From positions 1-58,380 of IMG/VR virus record IMGVR_UViG_3300028840_000492: a stretch of 58,380 nt of DNA. One strand, 5' to 3'. The position numbers were made by a program, and so were the translations under genes. The stretch is from a virus (taxonomy: Duplodnaviria; Caudoviricetes). Of the stretch, positions 47,132 through 56,374 are shown piece after piece. Position 1 is the stretch's first letter, and each line of letters begins with the position of its first letter. The notes under the pieces are model-generated. The model did no database searches. It was not told where the DNA came from and worked only from the letters and a program-made list of their open reading frames with translations.

Positions 47132-47759
47132 ATAGTGCCTCCATTCTTTTTAGTATTCTTTTTCTATCTCTAATAATAGATTGATGACCGCAATTAAACT
47201 GAGATCCTAATTGCATATAAGTTTTTCTTTCTACTTTTTTATAGATCGTATACTCAAATACAGCACGCTCTCTAATGTTAAGGCTAAGCAGAAATTCCTT
47301 GAATGTGTCTGACCCTAAAATAGATTGCTGCATTACGATCTGTTCTGTGTCGATCGGATCGTGAAAAGCCTCAACAATAAAATCATATGATTCTCTATTA
47401 AACTTCTCACGCTTTCGTATAAAATCTATCATACGAGAATAGAGTTTATACCATGCCCAAGTTCTAAAGAGCTTATCTGTTGCTGGATCATATGTAGTAA
47501 TAGCCTCTAACAAAGCAACATAACCTTCTGACTCTAACTCAGACCGATCGTGATAATTAAATCTGCTAGCAACTAACTGAGGAAGATAACTAAACTCCTG
47601 AGCTAATTGGTTAGCTAATCCTGGTTCTGTTGTTATTGGATCATCAGTCGGCTCATCTATTAAACCGTCTTTAATTTTCTTATGGTAATAACAATATCTT
47701 TTACCACAGGAATTGCGATCACAATAACTGCCATCACTATGTTTCCATTTACATCCCAT
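47121..47759 (-). CDS. Phage sigma70-family factor with N-terminal Cys/His finger
   Basis: Region 2 ELESEGYVALLEAITTYDP...FRTWA...MIDFIRK; region 4-like LNIRERAVF...TYMQLGSQF; start moved to ATG 47759. Confidence 0.85.
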   Translation of the reverse strand: MGCKWKHSDGSYCDRNSCGKRYCYYHKKIKDGLIDEPTDDPITTEPGLANQLAQEFSYLPQLVASRFNYHDRSELESEGYVALLEAITTYDPATDKLFRTWAWYKLYSRMIDFIRKREKFNRESYDFIVEAFHDPIDTEQIVMQQSILGSDTFKEFLLSLNIRERAVFEYTIYKKVERKTYMQLGSQFNCGHQSIIRDRKRILKRMEALYEI

Positions 47760-47809
47760 AAAATTACCCCCTCTATATATATTCCGTTTTTTTTTGCCTT
47801 TTTGTCCGC

Positions 47810-49696
47810 CTATACCTCTTTTACCTCCCCATAACTGGGTCCGATTGCGATCTCGCCAGTGAGATCTGCCTTCCAATCATACCCAAAATAGTTTTTGATA
47901 TATTTCTTGAGATTGTTTCCAACTGATTCGCACAACTTGCGTAACTTCTTGAGTTCATTTTTCTTGACATCGAACACAATAGAATCATGCACTGTTAGAA
48001 TCAACTTGGACTCTAGCCCATACTTGAGCATACCCCTGCGGATTATGACCACCAATAGAGGCAAGATGTCGCCACCAGCTAACCCCTGCACTGGATAGTT
48101 CTTAATCTGGCGTTCGTTATACGGCTTCTGGAACACGAACTTACGCCCAGTGAACAGCTGTAGGTAGCCCTGCTTCCATACCTTATTGATGTTGCTGTCC
48201 TGCCATGCCTTCAAGACTTTGTATTTCTTATAGAAATCTACACATATCTGTTTCCATTTAGTCTTGCTGAAGTTAGGCATCCTCGGGTCGAGATAGAATC
48301 CCATGTACGAACCACCATAGATCATCCTAAAGTTAAAGATCTTGGCGAAGGTTCTATTCTCCTTGGTCAACTCTAGCTTCATGATGTGGACGCAAGCCTC
48401 ACTATGCTGATCAACTCCATGATTGATTTCATAGAGCATAACAGGATCTTGCGATAGCTCTGCTGCTGCACGCCACTCTATCTGGCTGAGATCATACTCC
48501 ATAATATAATCATACGTGGGTACGATACACAGCTTGATAGGTGAGGTGCTCCCTCTTGGCATATTCTGGCTGTTAGGATCTGAGCTAGTCAGCCTGCCTG
48601 TAGCTGCAACAGTCTGATTAACATTGGAATGTATCTTACCATCAGACTGTAGCTTATTGAGCAAGCCAGACTTAGTCTTTTGATTCTTGCCAAGCAGGGT
48701 CTCGACAACCTTTTTAGCCTCGCTATACTCTAAGAGCAAGGCTTTAACCTGACGTTGGAGCTTACTACGGCACACCAACCTGCCTATAGTTTCCTTATCA
48801 GCCTTCATCTGTGGAGTACTGAACACCACGAATGGTGTAAAGCCCCATCCTTTGATCTCTTTAGACTCAGCATAGTTTTTCTCCCAGTACTTAGACTCAG
48901 GTTTAGACTTTAGCTCTTGGATAGTCCATTCCTTCCACTTAGTCTTGAGAGTACCACCATACAGCATAGCTACTAGCTGGCTGTTAGAGGCAGGATTAAA
49001 ATGAGGCTCACCTGACAGCTCTATCAACTCTTGCTCTAATGCAGTGGCTTGATCACCATACTCTTTAATAAAGTCGTAGGCTTGAGCAGCGTCAAACCTA
49101 AATCCATTCATCTCAATATCAGATAGGGCAAATGTAAACTCATTGCTGAGCCTATACAGCTTCAGCATATTTTCTTTTTGAACACGCCTTATCTGACAGG
49201 TGGCGATAGCCAATGCCTTATCACAATCATCAAGGACATACTCCTCTAGCAACATGGCAGGAACATTATAAGTATCTATCCCTGTTTCCCACATTGCCTT
49301 GACTTTGTCTAGCTTGCCTTCAAGCCCATACCTTTTGGCGGTAGCATCTAAGGAATATGCGATCTCCTTTGACTGACCTTCGAGTAGGTAATCAGTTACC
49401 TGTGTACAATGTAACTCCTTACCCTCGAAGTTGATGCCAAAGCACCTCAGTATGGTCATGTCGTGCTTTAAGTTGTGAGCTACAATGACGTCAGCCTCAT
49501 CAATGTATTGTTGTAATTCCTTTAGCTTGTCAACATATGGTTCATCTGGTTTTTCCGAATGACTAAACCATAATACCCTTTTCCTCCCGTCATCAAACAC
49601 AAGCCCAACGCAACTGATATAGAACCCAGGATGATAAGGGCGAAAGGAATTATAACTATGCTCAATGTCAATACTAAGTACCTTGGGAACATGCAT
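47810..49696 (-). CDS. DNA polymerase, family A, with 3'-5' exonuclease
   Basis: IDIE, AHNLKHD, YVLDD exonuclease motifs; TGRLTSSDPNSQN, DLSQIEWR (A), RTFAKIFNFRMIYG (B), TVHDSI (C). Confidence 0.95.
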   Translation of the reverse strand: MHVPKVLSIDIEHSYNSFRPYHPGFYISCVGLVFDDGRKRVLWFSHSEKPDEPYVDKLKELQQYIDEADVIVAHNLKHDMTILRCFGINFEGKELHCTQVTDYLLEGQSKEIAYSLDATAKRYGLEGKLDKVKAMWETGIDTYNVPAMLLEEYVLDDCDKALAIATCQIRRVQKENMLKLYRLSNEFTFALSDIEMNGFRFDAAQAYDFIKEYGDQATALEQELIELSGEPHFNPASNSQLVAMLYGGTLKTKWKEWTIQELKSKPESKYWEKNYAESKEIKGWGFTPFVVFSTPQMKADKETIGRLVCRSKLQRQVKALLLEYSEAKKVVETLLGKNQKTKSGLLNKLQSDGKIHSNVNQTVAATGRLTSSDPNSQNMPRGSTSPIKLCIVPTYDYIMEYDLSQIEWRAAAELSQDPVMLYEINHGVDQHSEACVHIMKLELTKENRTFAKIFNFRMIYGGSYMGFYLDPRMPNFSKTKWKQICVDFYKKYKVLKAWQDSNINKVWKQGYLQLFTGRKFVFQKPYNERQIKNYPVQGLAGGDILPLLVVIIRRGMLKYGLESKLILTVHDSIVFDVKKNELKKLRKLCESVGNNLKKYIKNYFGYDWKADLTGEIAIGPSYGEVKEV

Positions 49697-49899
49697 TAGT
49701 CCCTCCTTTTCCAATCATATTTAATTATCCTAACATTTACATCTTTAAATGGGCATATATATTTAGTATCTGGATTAGTTAAATACTGATAACCTACACA
49801 ATGCCCACCCAATAATGTACCACCTCCTATCGAACACGCAGTATCACGACATTCTTTAGTCCAATGACGACATATATATATTGCATCATTATCCATCAA
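49696..49899 (-). CDS. Small Cys-rich protein
   Basis: YICRHWTKEC...ICPFK. Confidence 0.55.
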   Translation of the reverse strand: MMDNDAIYICRHWTKECRDTACSIGGGTLLGGHCVGYQYLTNPDTKYICPFKDVNVRIIKYDWKRRD

Positions 49900-50105
49900 T
49901 CCTCCTTTCTTTCTGGTTTATAATCCACTAGCAGGCATTTCTTGTGCTTAAAGGAACACCAAAATTTAAGTTGCTCTTTATAATACATAACTAACTGGCT
50001 ATCCATATGACGAAGCAACACTGTTCCTTTACAGAATGAATTGCTCTGCGCTCGTTCTAGGCAAAGTTTATCCCATGAATCACAAATAAAATATTTATCT
50101 GCCAT
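49896..50105 (-). CDS. Small Cys-rich protein, likely paralog of its neighbour
   Basis: GGAGG SD then ATG 50105; FICDSWDKLC...WCSFK. Confidence 0.55.
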   Translation of the reverse strand: MADKYFICDSWDKLCLERAQSNSFCKGTVLLRHMDSQLVMYYKEQLKFWCSFKHKKCLLVDYKPERKED

Positions 50106-50106
50106 A

Positions 50107-51272
50107 TTATACCTCCGTCCACATACATTTCTGATGGTCAAAGAACACTTGAAACTTCTGCAATTGACCATCAAGCATCTTATTCTTGCTAACGTGGATA
50201 AACCTAATGCCATCATACCTTGCGTCATCAGACAACCTGCCAATACCTATAGCATAATCCAACTCACCCTGTATGCCAACCCTACTGCCATAAATATCAG
50301 ACAGGTTGAGGTACTTTTTATTCTCAGCCTCACCAACACCTTGAGCAAGACCTAAGATAGCGCACTGGTATTCTTTAGCTGCCTCTCTGTACCAGTTAAA
50401 CAGCTCACGTTGCACCCCTACCTCATTCGTGTTACGATTAGCCTCAAGCCCAACCTTGGTAGCTTGGTCTATAACTAACACGTACGGATGCCATTCATCT
50501 AAGATCATACGCACATGATCTACGTGCGTCACAGCATCCAGTACCTTTACCCTGTTATAGCCTAGCTCCCTACGCCTACGCTCTGCTCCTTCTATGTCAT
50601 CAGCAATTTCTAAGCGACTCTGTCCAAGGATAGCCTGCGTCAATCTGAATGATGTTCTTGAGGCGGATTCTTCGTTGCCTGCATAGACGATCGTATCACC
50701 TGTATCCATAAGTTGTTGGGCAAAAGATGCAACACATGATAGTCCGAAGCTAGTTTTACCACTATCAACAAAAGCATATACAAGTCCCAAGGTTCCACGG
50801 CGTACACCTCCAATCGTTTCGTTCAATGTATTTAAATTCCACCCTATTCCTGTGAAGTTCACCTCTTGATCAACCATCTGTGCCACACTGAGATCGCATG
50901 GTCGTAGCACCACCGACTCTCGTGGTGGATTACGCATCATACTGATGTACGTATCGACCTGCCCCCTCACATTATGTAGCACCCCACTTTTGTTACCTTC
51001 CATTACAGGCAAGAGTTCATTGATAATCGTAGTGGCATAATGTTTCTCTACCAATTGCTCAAGTAAATCTTTAGCCAACCCTTGATTAATTGATAGAGAG
51101 AACGCATCCTCTAAGATGATTCATCGTACTTTTGATAGTACTCATGCACTAACCCATATAGTACCTTGATTTCTCTGACAAAGTTCTGAATATTATTTAA
51201 GTATGGTGCGTATTGTAGATATGTCTCCCGATTATCTACAAATAATTTAAGGACAGATAGTTCTACTGTCAT
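50107..51272 (-). CDS. DnaB/T7 gp4-like replicative helicase, frameshifted near 51111-51123 in this sequence
   Basis: AFVDSGKTS Walker A, GNEE, LVIDQ, LAQ, IQGELD; SD-led 53-aa N-terminal ORF (51111-51272) lies in a different frame. Confidence 0.85.
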
Positions 51273-51426
51273 CCAATACCTCCTTCATATATTTTACTTT
51301 ACGTTCAAGATCATGAATATACTCAAGAACACTGTCATACTTAGCTTCAGATGCAGGATACTCACCTTCAGGGCAAGCTATCCTACGTGCTATTTTCCAA
51401 GCAATCCATTTGTCTTTAGAATCCAT
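51247..51426 (-). CDS. Hypothetical protein (59 aa, not in ORF track)
   Basis: AGGAG SD; MDSKDKWIAWK...RTICP. Confidence 0.5.
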   Translation of the reverse strand: MDSKDKWIAWKIARRIACPEGEYPASEAKYDSVLEYIHDLERKVKYMKEVLDDSRTICP

Positions 51427-51428
51427 AC

Positions 51429-52307
51429 CTATACTCCTTTCTTGAAACTTATTAGAGTTCTAATTTCATCAGCACTATATAGTTTAGGGTCTAATTCAGA
51501 GTTCACTAGTATAGCAGGCACTCCTATCTGTCTAGCTTTATCGGCATAATTAATAGCCTTAGTCAAGACATCTCGATCGAGCCATATAAATAATGTGTCT
51601 GCTCTTCTGAACTGGTTAAGTAAGGTGGTTGTGATTCCGTGTCCTAAGAGAGCTACCGCTGTGTAACCTGTGGCATTATGCACACGAATAGCGCTCAATA
51701 CATCCTCAACTACCAATACTTTGTCTGTGCTCCCCTGTATTACGAACCTAAACTCAGTGCCATTGATCTTTTTAATCAGGTATTTCTGCCCTTTATCTCC
51801 TTTCTTCCAATCTACATCCCTTCCTACCCAACCCAACAGCTTAGCCTGTATCTTATCCTTGGTATTCAGGAATTTATAAACAGGAATGATTACCCTATTG
51901 TACAAAGGACTCCAATGAATCCTATGTTGTTTAATGTCATCGTCTCCGACACCATATTTGTACAGCCATGTAAACGCTTTCACTGGAGCTTTATTATTCC
52001 ACTCTCCCCACATAGGGACGGCGTCTGTAGGCAAAGCTACAGTCCAACATGGGCGTCTGTCTATTTGTTTTTTCTCTATGGATTCTTTGGTAGCCTTGGG
52101 ATCTCTGTCCTCTAACGGCAGAAAGCCAGACAACCCACATCGAAAACAATTAAACACCCATCCATCATGGCTACGCATAACGCTCATGGCTGCGTCAGAA
52201 CTACACACAGAACCATCACGCCTATATTGATGTATAACCCGGGTATTTTCACCAGGATACCTTAGCCCCATAGCAGCTTCTTTAACTTCTTCAGGTACAA
52301 CTACCAT
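51429..52307 (-). CDS. DNA primase (Zn finger plus TOPRIM)
   Basis: H..C...CFRC Zn site; VVEDVLSA, VALLG, IWLDRD, DPK. Confidence 0.88.
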   Translation of the reverse strand: MVVVPEEVKEAAMGLRYPGENTRVIHQYRRDGSVCSSDAAMSVMRSHDGWVFNCFRCGLSGFLPLEDRDPKATKESIEKKQIDRRPCWTVALPTDAVPMWGEWNNKAPVKAFTWLYKYGVGDDDIKQHRIHWSPLYNRVIIPVYKFLNTKDKIQAKLLGWVGRDVDWKKGDKGQKYLIKKINGTEFRFVIQGSTDKVLVVEDVLSAIRVHNATGYTAVALLGHGITTTLLNQFRRADTLFIWLDRDVLTKAINYADKARQIGVPAILVNSELDPKLYSADEIRTLISFKKGV

Positions 52308-53524
52308 GTGAACCCTCCCTCATGAATTTTACCGATTCTAACTTCAGGATCATATCCTATCGTAACCTGACTATCAACACAGAACAAGCAACCACAGGTC
52401 ATGCATAGTGTGTCACTGCCATCATTGTATGGTGAGTCCATAAATGTAGTTCCTTCACACTCAGGGCAACCTTTATCCCTATCTTCTTCTATGACATCAT
52501 CACCATCTATTTCATCATCCATATCTATTGCGCCATTGCAATGAGGACACTCAGCTGTACCATCAGTATTCATATGCCTAATCTCTGTCTCAGATACTAA
52601 GTTATTACAGTAGGCACACAAATAGAAGACTGCAACTCCTGTATGCTCGTCTTCCTCTGGAGAATCGTCAGATGTGGTAGCGGTAGGCTGCTCTACATCA
52701 CTAGGAGTTAGCCCATAATACTGTGGCTTATCATCCTGATCTGTCTGCCATTTCTCCCAATCAAATACCCCAGTACTATAGTAGGCTTTATCGTATGCTG
52801 ACCCAAACTGCTCGTAATATGAACTAGCTGATATGTTTGTCTTTCCACTATAGGTATTATGATTTCCCCAGTATCCATCTTGTCGATGTTTCCATCCACC
52901 ATAAACCCCTGTTCCTACCGTTGTCGTGCTAACCTTTAGGGCTTTGTAGTGTGTGTTGCTGTAGAATACACCGTTCTCGTCCTCGTGCCATGTGCCAAGG
53001 CGTGTTATAAATCTGCCAGAGGTTATAAACCATCTATTTCTACCTGTCTCTAAAAGTTTTTCCAGAATATCCATTAGACGTTCATCATTCTTAGGAGCCT
53101 TCTGAATAGATGACCATAGAGGGTCTATAAACTTCTGTATAGCAACCATAGTGTCAGAGTAGATGCCCTGACCAGAACCTATTACACCATTATGCACCAC
53201 GAGATACTTAGATTGGTACTTGGTCTTTCTCATAGAACCCAAGTCTTTTGAGATCATAAATGGATGTGTATTGCCACCATCCTTATTTCCAGATGTACCA
53301 ATTCTGAAATGAATAACTAGGCAATCGTCTTCCGTAAACTTATGTTTGGAAAATGCTTTCCAAAACTTATTCCATTTCATAAATCCCTTCTCAACCATCC
53401 AAGATTCCTTAGACGGTACGTAGTAGGCGAACCCAGCTCCATCAGAATTGTTTTCCCAGCAAATCTTGAGAGTTTCCTCAGTCGGTACAGGCTTATTGTG
53501 TGGCTTGTAAGCGATAATACACAT
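52301..53524 (-). CDS. Class II (Ntn) glutamine amidotransferase with C-terminal Zn ribbons
   Basis: MC at N-terminus (ATG 53524), NSDGAG, HFRIGTSG, NTHPF, HNGVI, SDT. Confidence 0.88.
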   Translation of the reverse strand: MCIIAYKPHNKPVPTEETLKICWENNSDGAGFAYYVPSKESWMVEKGFMKWNKFWKAFSKHKFTEDDCLVIHFRIGTSGNKDGGNTHPFMISKDLGSMRKTKYQSKYLVVHNGVIGSGQGIYSDTMVAIQKFIDPLWSSIQKAPKNDERLMDILEKLLETGRNRWFITSGRFITRLGTWHEDENGVFYSNTHYKALKVSTTTVGTGVYGGWKHRQDGYWGNHNTYSGKTNISASSYYEQFGSAYDKAYYSTGVFDWEKWQTDQDDKPQYYGLTPSDVEQPTATTSDDSPEEDEHTGVAVFYLCAYCNNLVSETEIRHMNTDGTAECPHCNGAIDMDDEIDGDDVIEEDRDKGCPECEGTTFMDSPYNDGSDTLCMTCGCLFCVDSQVTIGYDPEVRIGKIHEGGFTW

Positions 53525-53525
53525 A

Positions 53526-55196
53526 TTAGCTAATCTCCTTAAAGTAGTCATTAATCTGGTGAGTGATGCTTCTAAACCTATTAGTATTATTTAAGAATGA
53601 TTTATAATCTGTAAGGTTTACCATATTCATAGTACAGTCGGCTGTGTATTCATACATCGACTGCAAGAACTCAATGTAAGAACTAAAGCGATCGTATGCT
53701 GTAGTGCTAGCAAATATCCTGAGTTCTATTGTTGGCTGCCTATCCCCTGATGTTAGATTAATAGCTGAATTTCTAACCTGGGATAAGTTTATCTTATCCT
53801 TACTCATTCTCGCAGCATGATTCCAATCATCCTCTGCGTAACGAGCATAGCTGGACTGCCTGTGAGCGACATAGTCAGTCATAAATGTCCTATGTTTTGG
53901 GTTATAAATCATCTTGATGAATTTATATAACTGAAATGTATTAAATGCATCCCTGCTCATATGGACATGGATGCCCGTAGATGTATTAGGATACATACCA
54001 TTCTCAGTCATATAAGTACACATCCTTTTAAACAACTCTCTATTTGTCTTAAACCACTCCCAGGTAAAAGGATGCGTCACCATCTCAAACCCACGGTCAA
54101 TGGAGCTATCTGACTTGATATATAAGAACTTTTTATCAGCCATTTTAATTAGGTCTGCCCCTTTTTTCTTCTTTTCTGAATCAAAATCACTTTTAACATT
54201 AATTTCCCATTCAACACCATAGTATAATCGGTCTGATCTATACCTTTGGGTGTTCACATGATGGAAATTAGGAGCAGGCTTGTAGCTATAACTATTAATA
54301 ACATTGAGTTCTGCATAGCACTCACCACAGATCTGAGCATAGGGATTAGCTTCAGTGGAATGACGTTTCATATTTTGCTTTAGATCATGTTTACCACAAA
54401 CAGCACAAGTTCCAATAACCTGCTTTAAACAATGATCATTGCATACCATGATAGAAGGTCTATTCCCATATTGTGTAAAGCTCATATCAGAATACCTAGC
54501 CTGTATATCTATCCCTATACCATCTTTTAACAGCATACTACAAGCTACACAGCTATTATATTTATTATAAATACATTTAATACATAGGGTTTTAGTTTGG
54601 TACTTAACACCATCAAATATCTTTTTATGGTGCATGCTTTGGCTTGATACATAATCACCACAATCTATACATTGCTCAAAATAATTATCAGCACAATACT
54701 GACAGATAGTGAATTTGTTAGCCCTTAGTGAACCTGTTCCTACTGGGACAGCCTCAAACCCTGAATCTGGAGTTCTAGTAGGAACCCAACCGTCTATTTT
54801 ATCTGAGTTTGGATGCAGACGACCACATAATTGACAGTAATATTTGCCTTTACGATGGATTCCTTTGTTCGCAGCTATCACATTCAGCATTTCAGTGAGG
54901 TAATAACTATATTGTGCTAATCTTTTAGAGAAGTTAGCATTACTATAACTATTATTATTATTACCACTAAATAAGCTAGCCCAACCCACTTTAGGCAGGT
55001 TTAATGGAGGTTGGGTCAAGTCAAACAAACGAGGCTTCTTTGTCATACCAAGCCTCATAAGCGACTTGCTAATGTCATTATCATATTTTTTAATAATTGA
55101 TTTTAATCTGTCATCTACACAGGCTCTGCAATTACACTGCCCTTCGATGAAACAATTTTCGACATCCTTTTTCATTTGAGAAATGATCTTAGACAT
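53526..55196 (-). CDS. Amidoligase (COOH-NH2 ligase) with N-terminal Zn-ribbon array
   Basis: GVEWEI, KSDSSI..GFEMVTHP, TGIHVHMS, TIELRIF; many CxxC pairs. Confidence 0.85.
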   Translation of the reverse strand: MSKIISQMKKDVENCFIEGQCNCRACVDDRLKSIIKKYDNDISKSLMRLGMTKKPRLFDLTQPPLNLPKVGWASLFSGNNNNSYSNANFSKRLAQYSYYLTEMLNVIAANKGIHRKGKYYCQLCGRLHPNSDKIDGWVPTRTPDSGFEAVPVGTGSLRANKFTICQYCADNYFEQCIDCGDYVSSQSMHHKKIFDGVKYQTKTLCIKCIYNKYNSCVACSMLLKDGIGIDIQARYSDMSFTQYGNRPSIMVCNDHCLKQVIGTCAVCGKHDLKQNMKRHSTEANPYAQICGECYAELNVINSYSYKPAPNFHHVNTQRYRSDRLYYGVEWEINVKSDFDSEKKKKGADLIKMADKKFLYIKSDSSIDRGFEMVTHPFTWEWFKTNRELFKRMCTYMTENGMYPNTSTGIHVHMSRDAFNTFQLYKFIKMIYNPKHRTFMTDYVAHRQSSYARYAEDDWNHAARMSKDKINLSQVRNSAINLTSGDRQPTIELRIFASTTAYDRFSSYIEFLQSMYEYTADCTMNMVNLTDYKSFLNNTNRFRSITHQINDYFKEIS

Positions 55197-55206
55197 ATAC
55201 TATCTC

Positions 55207-56373
55207 CTATCTGTGTGCGTTGCTGTTAAAATCATGGATTAATTCAGCTATGGTAGATTCTAAAGCTGATACCCTTGCTCTCAATAACTCTAATTCTGAA
55301 GGCTCATTAGTATCATGCCAATCTCTTAGCCCAGGAGGTAGTGAGCTGCCGTATACGACAGACTCCAATCTTGATTCCAAGTCTCTAAATAAACCTACCT
55401 CTGAATCTTCATCACACGGAGGACGAACAGGAGAAACATGAATCTCGTCTTCCATTAATGGATCCATTACAGCATGGCTCATTGCCCTCTCAAAATTAAA
55501 TGCCTCACGCTCAGGCGATTCATCCAAGGAGTCACAGATACGTGTTAATGGTATCTCGTACGCTGACGCATTGCACTGGTCATTACGTGGTGGAACTGGT
55601 ATAATAAACTTGCCATTACCTCCAGGATACCACATTGCTAACGCCCTGAATGTGTTATAATACCATACAGCCGTGCGTTCCATTGTAAACCCGGGTGCTA
55701 AGTTAGCTTCAACAAACCATACATTATAATCCTCATCCACAATAAAATCAATGGCAGCAAAATCATACCCGAGGCGTTCTAGTATTTTCTTAGAAAACTC
55801 CTGCGCCTTTTTAAAGACGTTATATGACTCAGGATGTTCTACTGTGATGAACGAACCACCAGTATGATTATTCCAGGTAAGCTGAGTATTACCATCCTCA
55901 TGCACTCGTTTCTGACAGAGGTATGATTCTTGAGTAATCCATTTTGCTGCGTGTACTCTAAGCTCATACTGTCGTATATGCTGAAGGCTTTCCTGAAAAT
56001 AGTGAGTGCCACCGCCTGTATAATCTTCTGCTGGCATGATACCTCTGCCCCCAAGAGAATAATACGGCTTAGCTATGTATTTTTTATCTGGCAAACAATC
56101 ACTCCTATGTTTAACTGAATGAGGAGTATGGTAATCTGTCAGAACGGACACAGCCTTGGCACATTCGTATTTATTGCCATACTGAGTCTTATTAAGTATG
56201 CGCTCAGCCTGATCCCACTTAGCCCTATTAGATCTGCTCTCTAACCATCTGCCTAACCTCTGTCCTTGCAGACCGTAGTTGACAATTAATCTAGGATCGT
56301 TACTGTTCATTCCAACAATGTTTCTAATCTTTTTGTAGTAGGTTCCCCTACCGATCATTAGGATATTACTCAT
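55207..56373 (-). CDS. ATP-grasp ligase (RimK-like)
   Basis: NKY, IAKP...GGRGI, YFQE, ELRVH, FAAIDF, VEANLAPG. Confidence 0.85.
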   Translation of the reverse strand: MSNILMIGRGTYYKKIRNIVGMNSNDPRLIVNYGLQGQRLGRWLESRSNRAKWDQAERILNKTQYGNKYECAKAVSVLTDYHTPHSVKHRSDCLPDKKYIAKPYYSLGGRGIMPAEDYTGGGTHYFQESLQHIRQYELRVHAAKWITQESYLCQKRVHEDGNTQLTWNNHTGGSFITVEHPESYNVFKKAQEFSKKILERLGYDFAAIDFIVDEDYNVWFVEANLAPGFTMERTAVWYYNTFRALAMWYPGGNGKFIIPVPPRNDQCNASAYEIPLTRICDSLDESPEREAFNFERAMSHAVMDPLMEDEIHVSPVRPPCDEDSEVGLFRDLESRLESVVYGSSLPPGLRDWHDTNEPSELELLRARVSALESTIAELIHDFNSNAHR

Positions 56374-56374
56374 T

